Part shown: positions 49,757-59,642 of the stretch, piece after piece
How positions within the stretch are numbered: position 1 is the stretch's first letter
Layout of the letters: every line of letters starts with the position of its first letter
The notes under the pieces: model-generated
Databases searched by the model: none
What the model was told of the DNA's origin: nothing
What the model saw: the letters and a program-made list of their open reading frames with translations, nothing else
Program-made: the position numbers and the translations under genes
From: an uncultured Actinomycetes bacterium
Lineage (GTDB): Bacteria > Actinomycetota > Thermoleophilia > UBA2241
Reading direction: 5' to 3'
DNA length: 64,000 nucleotides
NCBI GenBank assembly: GCA_963725665.1
Contig: CAVRZA010000002.1
Location: 1 to 64,000, forward strand

Positions 49757-50392
49757 GTGCGCGATATACCTTCCTCACTCTTCGTCGGCATCTCGGGGGC
49801 CAGCGGCGCCATTTATGCCCAGCGCCTCGTCGAGCAGTTGGCCTCGTTCGGTTGCGAGCTCTCACTCTCGATATCGGAGACCGGCCTGGTCGTACTGCGC
49901 CACGAGCTTGGCTTCATCGGTACGACGCGCGAGACGATCACGCAGGCGTTCCTGGCACGAGCCGGCGCTGAACTGCAGACGGCGGTCTTCTCGCCCGACG
50001 ACCTCGAAGCGCCGCTGTCGAGTGGGTCGAACTTCCCCGATGCGGCCGTGATCTGTCCCTGCTCCATGTCGACGGTCGCGCACGTCGCCCTCGGGACGAC
50101 GCGCACCCTGTTGCATCGTGCCGGTGAGGTGGCCCTCAAAGAGGGGCGCCCGCTGGTGCTCGTTCCTCGTGAGACCCCGCTCTCAGAGATCCACCTCGCA
50201 CGCATGCTCGACGCGCGCCGTGCCGGGGCCCTTATCGTGCCGGCGTCGCCGGCGTTCTACTTCGGTCCCCAGACGCTCCAGGACCTGGTCGACCACGTCG
50301 TCGGCAAGGTGCTCACGTCGCTCGGGTTCGCCCAGACCCTTTTCACTCCCTGGGCTGCTGCCGGCACCGAGGATGCCGGCGATGACGACTGA
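49757..50392 (+). CDS. ubiX: Flavin prenyltransferase
   Basis: VGISGASGAIY, SSGS, PCSMST, KEGRPLVLVPRETP, PAFY. Confidence 0.94.
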   Translation: MRDIPSSLFVGISGASGAIYAQRLVEQLASFGCELSLSISETGLVVLRHELGFIGTTRETITQAFLARAGAELQTAVFSPDDLEAPLSSGSNFPDAAVICPCSMSTVAHVALGTTRTLLHRAGEVALKEGRPLVLVPRETPLSEIHLARMLDARRAGALIVPASPAFYFGPQTLQDLVDHVVGKVLTSLGFAQTLFTPWAAAGTEDAGDDD

Positions 50393-51227
50393 TCGCGGGC
50401 CAGGCGGAGCCAAGCGGGAGGGGGGAGGCGTCGACCGCCGGCCGGAGCGGGAGAGCGTCGATCCTCGGCGGGAGCGGGAGGGCGTCGACCGGCGGCCGGA
50501 GCGAATCGAGGCCATGTTCGGCAGCATCGCGGCCCGCTACGACCTCATGAACCGGCTCATGACGGCAGGACTCGACCGGCGCTGGCGGCGCGCGGCCGCG
50601 GGAGCGGCCGACCTGCCGCCAGCGCAGCCGGCGCTCGACGTCTGCTGCGGCACCGGCGACCTCGTACTAGCGCTCGCCCGGCGGTACCCCCGCAGTCGCG
50701 TGACCGGCGTCGACTTCAGCGAGGAGATGCTGCGGCTGGCCGTCGTCAAGGCCGAGCGTGCGGGCCTCGCCGACTCCGTGGAGCTCGTGCGCGGCGATCT
50801 GCTCGAGCTGCCTTTCCCCGACGACTCGTTCGCGGCTACCACCGTCGCCTTCGGCGTGCGCAACGTGACCGACCTGCCGCGCGCCTTTGCCGAGATGGCG
50901 CGCGTCACCCGTCCTGGCGGCCGGGTCGTCTGCCTCGAGATCACCTCGCCGCCCAGCGGCTCGGGACGGCGCTTCCATGAGCTCTGGTTCGATCGCCTCG
51001 TGCCGGCGCTGGGACGGTTGGTGGCCGAGGATGGCGCCGCCTACGCCTACCTGCCGGCATCGGTGCGCGCCTTCCCCTCGGCCGAACGCCTCTCGCTCGT
51101 CATGCTCGAGGCGGGGCTCACGGGCGTGCACTTCGTGCGCTTCGGCTTCGGCATCATCGCCATGCACGTGGGGCACATGCCGGGCTCGGGTGCGGGTCGC
51201 GACGGCGGCCCGATGGAGATTGCGTGA
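50382..51227 (+). CDS. menG: Demethylmenaquinone methyltransferase
   Basis: MFGSIAARYDLMNRLMT.GLD..WR, LDVCCGTGD, FGVRNV, YL..SV..FP. Confidence 0.93.
   Translation: MTTDRGPGGAKREGGGVDRRPERESVDPRREREGVDRRPERIEAMFGSIAARYDLMNRLMTAGLDRRWRRAAAGAADLPPAQPALDVCCGTGDLVLALARRYPRSRVTGVDFSEEMLRLAVVKAERAGLADSVELVRGDLLELPFPDDSFAATTVAFGVRNVTDLPRAFAEMARVTRPGGRVVCLEITSPPSGSGRRFHELWFDRLVPALGRLVAEDGAAYAYLPASVRAFPSAERLSLVMLEAGLTGVHFVRFGFGIIAMHVGHMPGSGAGRDGGPMEIA
50424..50504 (+). repeat. In-frame 27-bp tandem repeat x3 in the menG N-terminus
   Basis: Encodes GGVDRRPER / ESVDPRRER / EGVDRRPER. Confidence 0.8.
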
Positions 51228-52210
51228 TGCCGTCGTCGCTGCTCCTTGCTTGGCGCTCGGCAGCGCAGAAGCGCCGTATCACGGACGGTCTCGGGCGTGT
51301 GGAGGAGCTGCTCGCGGAGGTCGCCGGGCAGTATCCGGGAAGCCTCGGCGAGGCCTGCCTCTCGACCCTCGATGCCGGCGGCAAGCGCGTGCGGCCGGCG
51401 CTCGTGCTGCTCGCCGCGCGCAGGACCGGCCCGCTGGGCGGGCCGGTCCTGCGCGCGGCGGCCTCGGTCGAGCTGCTGCACATGGCGACGCTGGTGCACG
51501 ACGACGTGCTCGACGGCGCGGTGCTGCGGCGCGGCCGGCCCACGGTCGCGGCCCAGTCGGGCGTCGGAACGGCCGTCTCGACCGGCAACTACCTTCTCGC
51601 CGAAGCCTTCGCCCAGCTGGCCGCGACCGGCGACGGCCGCGCCGTCGACCTCCTCAGCGGCGTCGCGCTGGGGCTTTCGGAGGGCGAGCTGCTGCAGATG
51701 GACGGCGCCTTCGACGTCACCCTCACGATCGACGACTACTTGCTGCGCTGCCGCCTAAAGACGGCAAACCTCTTCGCCGCTTCGGGGGAGCTCGGAGCGC
51801 TCCTCTCGGGGGTCGACGACGAGAGCGTCGCCGCCTTGGGCGAGTACGGGGAGAGCCTGGGCGTGGCCTTCCAGATCTTCGACGACATCCTGGACTTCTC
51901 GGGCGACGAAGCACGCACCGGCAAGCGCGTGGGCACCGACCTGCGCGACGGTACCGTGACGCTGCCGATCCTGCTTGCCCTCGAGCGACGCCCGCGCCTG
52001 GCGCCGCTTCTCGCGGAATGCGAGGGCTGCGAGGAGCGCGTCGGTGCCATTGTGGCCGAGATCATCGCCAGCGGGGCTCTCGAACGAGCGCGCGAGGTGG
52101 CGCTCGAACACATCGCGCAGGCGCGCGCCGTCCTCTCTCGCTGCAGCGATGAGGTCGAGAGGGACCTGCTTGGGCAGGTCGCCGGCTCCGTGGTGGATCG
52201 CTTCAGCTGA
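51224..52210 (+). CDS. Polyprenyl diphosphate synthase (HepT/IspB-like)
   Basis: GGKRVRP, ELLHMATLVHDDVLD..RRG, KTA, AFQIFDDILD. Confidence 0.93.
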   Translation: MMPSSLLLAWRSAAQKRRITDGLGRVEELLAEVAGQYPGSLGEACLSTLDAGGKRVRPALVLLAARRTGPLGGPVLRAAASVELLHMATLVHDDVLDGAVLRRGRPTVAAQSGVGTAVSTGNYLLAEAFAQLAATGDGRAVDLLSGVALGLSEGELLQMDGAFDVTLTIDDYLLRCRLKTANLFAASGELGALLSGVDDESVAALGEYGESLGVAFQIFDDILDFSGDEARTGKRVGTDLRDGTVTLPILLALERRPRLAPLLAECEGCEERVGAIVAEIIASGALERAREVALEHIAQARAVLSRCSDEVERDLLGQVAGSVVDRFS

Positions 52211-52374
52211 AGTGCCGAGCCGGTTCGCACCCGCCTAGGCGACGCCGAGACGTTTCGCACGCGCCCCAGAGCCGGCTGAGACGCCTCGCACCCGTATCAG
52301 CGGCGGTAGAATAGGGCCTCACCGAGCGACGGACCGGCGCCCGACAGCGCCGTCACTACGACTGGAGCGATCTC

Positions 52375-53502
52375 ATGGACAGCGAGTCGATCTCGCGCCT
52401 TGCTGCGCGTGCCGGCCTGGAGCGTATCTGGGAGAAGGTCGAGGAGGGCGAGCGCCTCACCGAAGGCGAGGCGCTCGCCCTCCTCGACAGCGACGACATC
52501 CTCGCCCTCGGCGCGCTGGCCGACTTCGCCAGACAGCGGACGGTAGGCGACGAGGTCTACTTCATCTGCAACCGCCACATCAACCACACCAACGTGTGCA
52601 AGAACCGCTGCCTGTTCTGCGCCTTCTCCCACGACGACGGCGACGCTGAGGCGTACACCCTGTCCGTCGATGAGGTGATCGAGAAGGCGCGCGAGTCGCT
52701 CACGGGGTCGATCACCGAGATCCACATCGTCGGCGGGGAGCACCCGACACTGCCCTACCACTACTACCTCGAGATGCTGCGCGGTCTGCGCGCGCTGGCT
52801 CCCGACGTACACATCCAGGCCTTCACGGCGAGCGAGATCGCGCACCTTGCCGACGTCGCCGGCAAAGACGTGCCCACGGTGCTGAGGGAGCTCAAGGAGG
52901 CCGGGCTCGGCTCGCTGCCCGGAGGCGGCGCCGAGGTGTTCGCCGGCCGCGTACGCGACCTGGTCTGCAACAAGAAGATCAGCGGCCAGCGCTGGCTCGG
53001 GATCATGCGCGAGGCGCATCGGATCGGTCTGAAGTCGAACGCGACCATGCTCTACGGACACGTCGAGACGCACGCCGAGCTCGCCGATCACCTGCTCCGC
53101 CTGCGCGAGCTGCAGGACGAGACCTCCGGCTTCAACGCCTTCATCCCGCTCTCGTTCCAGCCCTACGAGACGCAGCTCGCCGACCTGCCGGCGCCGACCG
53201 GCTACGACGACCTCAAGATGCTCGCCGTCGGGCGTCTGGTGCTCGACAACTTCAAGCACGTGAAGGCCTTCTGGATCAACGTCGGCGTCAAGCTCGCCCA
53301 GGTGTCGCTCGCCTTCGGCGTCGACGACCTCGACGGCACGGTGGTGGAGGAGCGCATCAGTCACTCCGCCGGCGCCCAGACCGACCAGGTGATCCCGCGA
53401 GAGGAGCTCGTGCGGCTCATTCGCGACGCGGGGCGCATCCCCGTCGAGCGCGACACGCTCTACAACGTGGTGCGTCGCTACGACGAGCCGGTGCTCGCGT
53501 GA
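52375..53502 (+). CDS. mqnE: Aminofutalosine synthase
   Basis: NRHINHTNVCKNRCLFCAF, LPGGGAEVF, NATMLYGHVE, HVKAFW. Confidence 0.92.
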   Translation: MDSESISRLAARAGLERIWEKVEEGERLTEGEALALLDSDDILALGALADFARQRTVGDEVYFICNRHINHTNVCKNRCLFCAFSHDDGDAEAYTLSVDEVIEKARESLTGSITEIHIVGGEHPTLPYHYYLEMLRGLRALAPDVHIQAFTASEIAHLADVAGKDVPTVLRELKEAGLGSLPGGGAEVFAGRVRDLVCNKKISGQRWLGIMREAHRIGLKSNATMLYGHVETHAELADHLLRLRELQDETSGFNAFIPLSFQPYETQLADLPAPTGYDDLKMLAVGRLVLDNFKHVKAFWINVGVKLAQVSLAFGVDDLDGTVVEERISHSAGAQTDQVIPREELVRLIRDAGRIPVERDTLYNVVRRYDEPVLA

Positions 53503-54383
53503 GCTCACGGGCGACGGCCCGCGAGGTTGGCGGCGACGGCGCGCATGCGGCCGTCCGCGTGGGGCGCATCGAGTTCATCAACTGCTTTCCCCTCTACTTG
53601 CACTTCGAGGAGGAGCTGGCGCGCCGCGGAGCTGCCGCCAAGGTCGTCGCCGGCACGCCGGCGGAGCTCAACCGTCTGCTCGTGGGGGGCGAGATCGACG
53701 TCGCGTTGCCGTCGTCGATCGAGTTCGCGCGGCACGCCGACGTCCTGACGCTCCTGCCCCGCGCGTCGATCAGTTCGTTCGGAGCTGTGGACTCTATCCA
53801 GCTCTTCGGCCGCGTGCCCCGTGAGAAGCTGCGCAGCGTCGCGCTGACCGAGAAGAGCGCCACCTCGGTCACGCTGCTGAAGGTCCTGGCGGGGGAGTGG
53901 GGAAGCGAGATGACCTTCGTGCCGCGGGTACCCGGTGAGCGGCTCGCCGAGGTCATGCAGCACCACGACGGCGTGCTCCTGATCGGTGACGACGCCCTGC
54001 ACATCCTGCGTGCCGAGGTCTACCCGTACCACTACGACCTGGGTGAGGAATGGCGCCGCCTCACCGGCCTGCCGATGGTGTATGCGGTGTGCGCTGCGCG
54101 ACGCGACTTCGTGGCCGCCTCGACGGCGGCCGCGGCCGCCGTCGAGGCGGCTCTGGTCGCGTCGCGCGACCGCTGTGCCGCCGATCGCGCGGCGACCGCC
54201 GCCGCCGCGGCGCGTCTCTACGACTTCAGCCAGGCCTTCCTCGAGGGCTACTTCGACCGCCTCAAGTTCGGCTTCACCGATGAGTACCGGCGCGGCCTGG
54301 CGGAGTTCTACCGTCGGTCGATCGCGATCGGCGAGGTCGAGACGGCGCCCGATCTGGCGTCGTCGGCCGTCACCGTGGCGTGA
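53499..54383 (+). CDS. mqnA: Chorismate dehydratase
   Basis: RVGRIEFINCFP, PAELN, SSIE, SATS, LLIGD.AL, DLGEEW...TGLPMVYAV. Confidence 0.9.
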   Translation: MSSRATAREVGGDGAHAAVRVGRIEFINCFPLYLHFEEELARRGAAAKVVAGTPAELNRLLVGGEIDVALPSSIEFARHADVLTLLPRASISSFGAVDSIQLFGRVPREKLRSVALTEKSATSVTLLKVLAGEWGSEMTFVPRVPGERLAEVMQHHDGVLLIGDDALHILRAEVYPYHYDLGEEWRRLTGLPMVYAVCAARRDFVAASTAAAAAVEAALVASRDRCAADRAATAAAAARLYDFSQAFLEGYFDRLKFGFTDEYRRGLAEFYRRSIAIGEVETAPDLASSAVTVA

Positions 54384-54423
54384 CCGTGGCGCCTCGCGCC
54401 CAGTCGGTCGCGGGCGGGACGCC

Positions 54424-55464
54424 GTGAGCGGGCGCCTGGACGACGAGCAGGCGCTCGACCTGCTCCTGCACGGGGATCTGCTCGAGCTCGGCGCCCGCGC
54501 GGGCGAGGTCCGGCGGCGGCTGCACCCCGGCGTTGAGGTCACGTTCATCGTCGACCGCAACATCAACTACACCGACTACTGCCTCTCGGGGTGCCGCTTC
54601 TGCGCCTTCTACAAGAAGCCGGGAAGCGGAGAGGGCTACCTCCTGGCCGAGGAGGACATCCACCGCAAGATCGATGAGACGCTGGCGCTCGGCGGGACCG
54701 CGATCATGATGCAGGGAGGGCTGAACCCTGATCTCGACATCTGCTGGTTCGAGAAAGTCTTCAGCGGCATCCGCGAGCGCTACCCGCAGGTGCACCTGCA
54801 CTGCCTCTCGCCGCCGGAGGTGGTCCACATCGCGCGGCAGAGCGGCCTTGCGATCGACGAGACGCTGCGCCGCCTCCGGGCCGCCGGCCTCGACTCGCTG
54901 CCCGGAGGGGGCGCAGAGGTGCTCGTCGATCGCGTGCGCGGCGAGATCAGCCCGCACAAGATCCCCACCGACACGTGGCTCGAGGTCATGCGCCTCGCGC
55001 ACGGTCTCGGCATGAAGACGACCGCGACCATGATGTTCGGCTCGCTCGACACGCCGGCCGAACGCGTCGAGCACCTGCGCCGCATCCGCGACCTGCAGGA
55101 TGCGACGGGAGGGTTCACGGCCTTCATCCCGTGGACCTTCCAGGCGGGCAACACCGAGCTCGAGAGGGGTCATCTGCCGGCCACGGGCGTCGAGTACCTG
55201 CGTCTGCTCGCGGTCAGCAGGCTGTACCTCGACAACGTGCCCAACGTCCAGGCGTCGTGGGTCACGCAGGGGGTCAAGATGGGACAGGTGGCCCTCGCCT
55301 TCGGCGCCAACGACATGGGCTCGACGATGATCGAGGAGAACGTCGTCAAGGCGGCGGGTGTGAGCCACACCATCACCGTCGACGAGATGGTGCGGCTCAT
55401 CCGCGCCGCCGGTTTCAGGCCGGCGCAGCGCGACACGCTATATCGCGCGGTCCGTCCCTACTGA
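54424..55464 (+). CDS. mqnC: Cyclic dehypoxanthine futalosine synthase
   Basis: VTFIVDRNINYTDYCLSGCRFCAFY, TATMMFG, FIPWTFQ, QASWVTQG; start uncertain. Confidence 0.92.
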   Translation: MSGRLDDEQALDLLLHGDLLELGARAGEVRRRLHPGVEVTFIVDRNINYTDYCLSGCRFCAFYKKPGSGEGYLLAEEDIHRKIDETLALGGTAIMMQGGLNPDLDICWFEKVFSGIRERYPQVHLHCLSPPEVVHIARQSGLAIDETLRRLRAAGLDSLPGGGAEVLVDRVRGEISPHKIPTDTWLEVMRLAHGLGMKTTATMMFGSLDTPAERVEHLRRIRDLQDATGGFTAFIPWTFQAGNTELERGHLPATGVEYLRLLAVSRLYLDNVPNVQASWVTQGVKMGQVALAFGANDMGSTMIEENVVKAAGVSHTITVDEMVRLIRAAGFRPAQRDTLYRAVRPY

Positions 55465-55734
55465 TCGCTGGCGCGCCGCGAGTCACAGGCGGCGGGCATG
55501 CGCCTCGCTCGCGCCGGCAAACCTCTCGCGAGCCTGCGCGACGGCGCTCCTGGCCAGTCGGACCGCAGCGCCGCCCTGTCCGGTCAATCTTGTGGCCGGC
55601 GTCCTTCGTCCATGGGCAGGCCCCCGCTCGTAGACGTTGCCTAGGTGCGCCTGCCGCGCCGCGATAGCATAGGTCGGCGAAGGTCGGCGGCCGCTCACAA
55701 CGGCTGTCCGTCAGCGGCTCGGCGCAGGGGGTGC

Positions 55735-57006
55735 GTGGTGAGACAGCAGTGCTTCTGGACCAGGGATTGGCCGGCCGAGAGTACCATCGAGGCGGTCACG
55801 CCGCCGACGGAGGTCGACGTCGCTGTCATCGGCGCCGGCCTGACCGGGCTCTCGGCCGCCCTTACGCTCGCCCGCGGAGGAGCGAGCGTGGCCGTCTTCG
55901 ACACGCACGCGGTGGGCTGGGGCGCCTCGAGCCGCAACGGCGGCATGGTGTCGGGCAGCGCCAAGCGCGGTCTGGCGCAGTGGATCGCCGACTACGGGCG
56001 CGAGCGGGCCCACGCCATGTGGCGAGCCACGCACGAGGCCGTCGACCTCGTCGACGACCTCGTCCGGCGCGAGAAGATTGACTGCGACTGGTCGATGACG
56101 GGCGCTTTCACCGCCGCGTGGAAGGCGGAGCACTTCGGGCGCCTCGCCGAGGAGCAGCGTTTTCTCTTGAACGAGGTCGGTCACGAGACCGTCCTGGTGG
56201 CGCCCAAAGACGTGGAGCAAGAGGTGGGCACGCAGCGCTACTATGGCGGCCTCGTGGACGAGCACGCGGGCCTTCTCGATCCGGCGCGCTACACGCGCGG
56301 CCTCGCAGATGCCGCCCGCTCCGCCGGGGCTCACATCTGCGAGCTCACCACAGTTCAGGCCATCACGCCCGGCCCGAAGGGACGCCATCTGACGACGTCG
56401 AGAGGCGCGGTCGACGCGGCCGAGGTCCTGGTGGCGACGAACGGCTACACGGGTGAGGTGACCCCGCGTCTGCGGCGCTCGGTCATCCCCATCGGGAGCC
56501 ACATCATCGCCACCGAGCCGCTCGGCCGCGACCTCGCCGCGAAGCTCATCCCGCACCGGCGCATGGTCTCCGACACAAAGTACATGCTCTACTACTTCAG
56601 TCTCTCGCCTGACGACCGCATGCTGTTCGGCGGGCGCGCCGCCTATCGCACGGTGTCGACACTGAAGAGCGGAGCGATCCTGCAGCGCAAGATGCTCGAG
56701 CTCTTCCCGGAGCTCGCCCCGATGACCGTGGAGTACACGTGGGACGGCTACGTCGGCTTCACCTGGGACTGGGATCCCGTGGTCGGCCGCGTCGATGGCC
56801 TCTTCTGCTCGCTGGGATACTGCGGCCACGGCGTGGCCTTGGGGACCTACCTCGGCGACCGGGTAGCGCGGGCCATCGCGGGAGAGCCGGTCGAGAACCC
56901 CTTCTTCGACCTGCGGACTCCGCCGACCAACCCCGTCTACCGCGGCAGGCCCTGGTTCTTGCCTCTGGGCGACCTCTACTACCGGGCGAAGGACAAGGTC
57001 TCATAG
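55735..57006 (+). CDS. FAD-dependent oxidoreductase (DAO / PuuB-like amine oxidase)
   Basis: DVAVIGAGLTGLSAA, GASSRNGG, VATNGY, GYCGHGV. Confidence 0.88.
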   Translation: MVRQQCFWTRDWPAESTIEAVTPPTEVDVAVIGAGLTGLSAALTLARGGASVAVFDTHAVGWGASSRNGGMVSGSAKRGLAQWIADYGRERAHAMWRATHEAVDLVDDLVRREKIDCDWSMTGAFTAAWKAEHFGRLAEEQRFLLNEVGHETVLVAPKDVEQEVGTQRYYGGLVDEHAGLLDPARYTRGLADAARSAGAHICELTTVQAITPGPKGRHLTTSRGAVDAAEVLVATNGYTGEVTPRLRRSVIPIGSHIIATEPLGRDLAAKLIPHRRMVSDTKYMLYYFSLSPDDRMLFGGRAAYRTVSTLKSGAILQRKMLELFPELAPMTVEYTWDGYVGFTWDWDPVVGRVDGLFCSLGYCGHGVALGTYLGDRVARAIAGEPVENPFFDLRTPPTNPVYRGRPWFLPLGDLYYRAKDKVS

Positions 57007-57124
57007 GCACCGAGACAGGTCGGCACGAAGATTGGCGGTCGGGGGGCTCGTCTGGGGCGTCCGGTGCTCCTGCGTGGCCGGCAACGCTTGTCTCTCTTGC
57101 TCGCCCGGGGCTTTTGCGGCAAAC

Positions 57125-57142
57125 TTGTGAAGGCCAGAACAA
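57125..57142. promoter_or_regulatory. Putative Rex-like operator upstream of hdrA
   Basis: TTGTGAAGGCCAGAACAA, 11/14 match with a perfect left half-site. Confidence 0.45.
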
Positions 57143-57255
57143 GTCTGGCGATTTTGCGGCCCGCGTCCACGTTTCGCAGAGGCCGCGGGCCTGCAACTGA
57201 CGGACGTGGAGTGTAAGATTCTTCGTCGTTCTCCTCTCGCTGACCGGAGTCTCCT

Positions 57256-59217
57256 ATGCGCATAGGCGTTTTCGTTTGTCGCTGCGGTAGCAACATCGCC
57301 GGGACGGTCGACACTGCGGCCGTCGCCGAACGCATGCTGCACGAGCCCAACGTCGTCCACTCCGAGGACGTCACCTATTCCTGCTCGCAGCCCGGGCAGG
57401 ATGCGATCAAGAACGCCATCCACGAGAAGGGCCTGACGCGCGTCGTCGTCGCCTCGTGCTCGCCGCGCATGCACGAGCCGACGTTCCGGCGCGCCGTGGC
57501 CGAGGGCGGGCTCAACCCCTACCTCATGGACATGGTGAACATCCGTGAGCAGTGCTCGTGGATCCACGACGACAAGGACGTCGCGACCGCCAAGGCGATC
57601 GACCTCGTGCTCATGGGCATCGAGCGCGTGCGCCGCCAGCGCGAGTTGCAGTCGAGCACGGCGCCGATCACCAAGCGTGCGCTGGTCATCGGCGGCGGCG
57701 TCGCCGGCATCCAGGCTGCGCTCGATATCGCCGACTCCGGCATCCCCGTCGCGCTCGTCGACCGTGACGTCACCATCGGCGGCAAGATGGCCAAGCTCGA
57801 CAAGACCTTCCCCACCCTCGACTGCTCGGCCTGCATCCTCACGCCGCGCATGGTCGAGGCGGCCCAGCACCCGAACATCACCCTCATGACCTACTCCGAG
57901 GTCGTCGAGGTGCGCGGCTACGTGGGCAACTTCCAGGTCGACATCAAGCACAAGGCGGCCTACGTCGACTTCGACAAGTGCGTCGGCTGCGGGATCTGCG
58001 AGGAGAAGTGCCCAAGGAAGGCGCCCGACCTCTTCAACGGCGGCGACTACAAGTCCAAGGCGATCTACATCCCCTTCCCGCAGGCGGTCCCCAAGGTCGC
58101 CGTGCTGCGACCCGAGTACTGCACGTACTTCGAGAAGGGCAAGTGCAAGGTCTGCCAGAAGTTCTGTGAGGCCGGCGCGATCGACTACGAGCAGCAGGAC
58201 CGTGTCGTCACCGAGGAGTTCGGCGCTATCGTGGTCGCCACCGGCTACGACCTCTTCGACTACACCAAGTACTACCCCGAGTACGGCATGGGCCGCTTCA
58301 AGAACGTGATCAGCGGCCTCGAGTACGAGCGCCTCATGTGCGCCTCGGGACCGACGCAGGGTCACATCGTCAAGGCCGGCGACGGCGAAGAGCCCAAGAC
58401 GGTCGTCTTCGTGCAGTGCGTCGGCTCGCGCGACGACAAGGTGGGCCGCCCGTACTGCTCCGGCGTCTGCTGCATGTACACCGCGAAGCAGGCGATCATG
58501 ACCAAGGAGCACGACCCGGAGGCGCACACCTACGTCTTCTACATCGACATCCGCGCCGGCGGCAAAGGCTATGAGGACTTCGTCACCCGTGCCCAGTCGG
58601 AGTACGGCGTGACCTACATCCGTGGCCGTGTGGCCAAGATCTACGAACAAGACGGCAAGACTATGGTGCGCGGTGAGGACACGCTGCTCGGCGAACAAGT
58701 CGAGATCGCCGCCGACCTCGTCGTGCTGGCGACGGGCATCGAGCCCAGCGAAGGAGCCAAGCAGCTCGCCTCGACGCTGCACTGCTCGAGCGACGGCTAC
58801 GGCTTCTTCACCGAGAGTCACCCCAAGCTGCGCCCGGTCGAGACGCAGACTGCCGGCGTCTTCCTCGCCGGCTGCGCCATCGCGCCGCGCGACATCCCGT
58901 CCTCGGTCGCCGACGGCTCGGCGGCTGCGTCCAAGGCGACACAGCTCCTGCTCAAGGATTTCATGGTGACCAACCCGCAGACCTCGCGCGTCGACCGCTC
59001 GCGCTGCATCGGCTGCTACAAGTGCGCTGAGGTTTGCCCCTACAGCGCCATCGAGAAGGTCGAGGACATCGACGGGCGACCCGTGGCCAACGTGCTCTCG
59101 ACCGTCTGCCAAGGCTGCGGCCTGTGCGTCGCCGCCTGCACGACGGGCGCCATGACCCTGGAGGGGTTCACGAGCGAGCAGCTCATCGCGGAGGTGGAGA
59201 GCCTGTGCCGCTTGTAG
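57256..59217 (+). CDS. hdrA: Heterodisulfide reductase subunit A (electron-bifurcating flavoprotein)
   Basis: RIGVFVCRCGSNIAG, CSPRMHEPTF, GGGVAGI, LDKTFPTLDCSACIL, QCVGSRD..YCSGVCCMY, ferredoxin motifs. Confidence 0.95.
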   Translation: MRIGVFVCRCGSNIAGTVDTAAVAERMLHEPNVVHSEDVTYSCSQPGQDAIKNAIHEKGLTRVVVASCSPRMHEPTFRRAVAEGGLNPYLMDMVNIREQCSWIHDDKDVATAKAIDLVLMGIERVRRQRELQSSTAPITKRALVIGGGVAGIQAALDIADSGIPVALVDRDVTIGGKMAKLDKTFPTLDCSACILTPRMVEAAQHPNITLMTYSEVVEVRGYVGNFQVDIKHKAAYVDFDKCVGCGICEEKCPRKAPDLFNGGDYKSKAIYIPFPQAVPKVAVLRPEYCTYFEKGKCKVCQKFCEAGAIDYEQQDRVVTEEFGAIVVATGYDLFDYTKYYPEYGMGRFKNVISGLEYERLMCASGPTQGHIVKAGDGEEPKTVVFVQCVGSRDDKVGRPYCSGVCCMYTAKQAIMTKEHDPEAHTYVFYIDIRAGGKGYEDFVTRAQSEYGVTYIRGRVAKIYEQDGKTMVRGEDTLLGEQVEIAADLVVLATGIEPSEGAKQLASTLHCSSDGYGFFTESHPKLRPVETQTAGVFLAGCAIAPRDIPSSVADGSAAASKATQLLLKDFMVTNPQTSRVDRSRCIGCYKCAEVCPYSAIEKVEDIDGRPVANVLSTVCQGCGLCVAACTTGAMTLEGFTSEQLIAEVESLCRL

Positions 59218-59642
59218 CCGAGACCAAGAAGAGGGTCGTCAAAGATAAGCCGACCATCGTCGCCTTCCTCTGCAACTGGTGCTCCTACGCGGGCGCCGAC
59301 ATGGCCGGCACGTCGCGCTTCAAGCAGCCGGCCGACATCCGCATCATCCGCGTGCCCTGCTCGGGGCGCCTCGACTGGCTGCTGCTCGCCAAAGCATTCA
59401 AGGAGGGTGCCGACGGGGTGCTGGTGAGCGGCTGCCATCCCGGCGACTGCCACTACACCGAGGGCAACTACCACGCCCGTCGCAAGCTCGAGGGGCTCAA
59501 GCGCTACCTGCCGCTTTTCGGCATCGAGGAGGGCCGCTTCGAGTACACGTGGGTGAGCGCCTCCGAGGGAAAGCGCTGGTCCGAGGTGGTCGAGGGGTTC
59601 ACGAACCAGATCCACGCACTCGGCGTGAGGCGGGCGGGATGA
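59205..59642 (+). CDS. mvhD: MvhD/FlxD-like [2Fe-2S] subunit
   Basis: FLCNWCSYAGAD.AG, RVPCSGR, GADGV.V.GCHPGDCHY..GN, WVSASEG. Confidence 0.93.
   Translation: MPLVAETKKRVVKDKPTIVAFLCNWCSYAGADMAGTSRFKQPADIRIIRVPCSGRLDWLLLAKAFKEGADGVLVSGCHPGDCHYTEGNYHARRKLEGLKRYLPLFGIEEGRFEYTWVSASEGKRWSEVVEGFTNQIHALGVRRAG

Noticed and set aside
57001-59112. Long antisense ORFs (also 32002-33834, 10315-12090, 23716-25485)
   Set aside because: Shadow frames of well-supported genes in high-GC DNA, with no recognisable motifs.
57256-59642. Selenocysteine recoding in hdrA or mvhD
   Set aside because: Both frames are open with Cys at the relevant motifs and no in-frame TGA.
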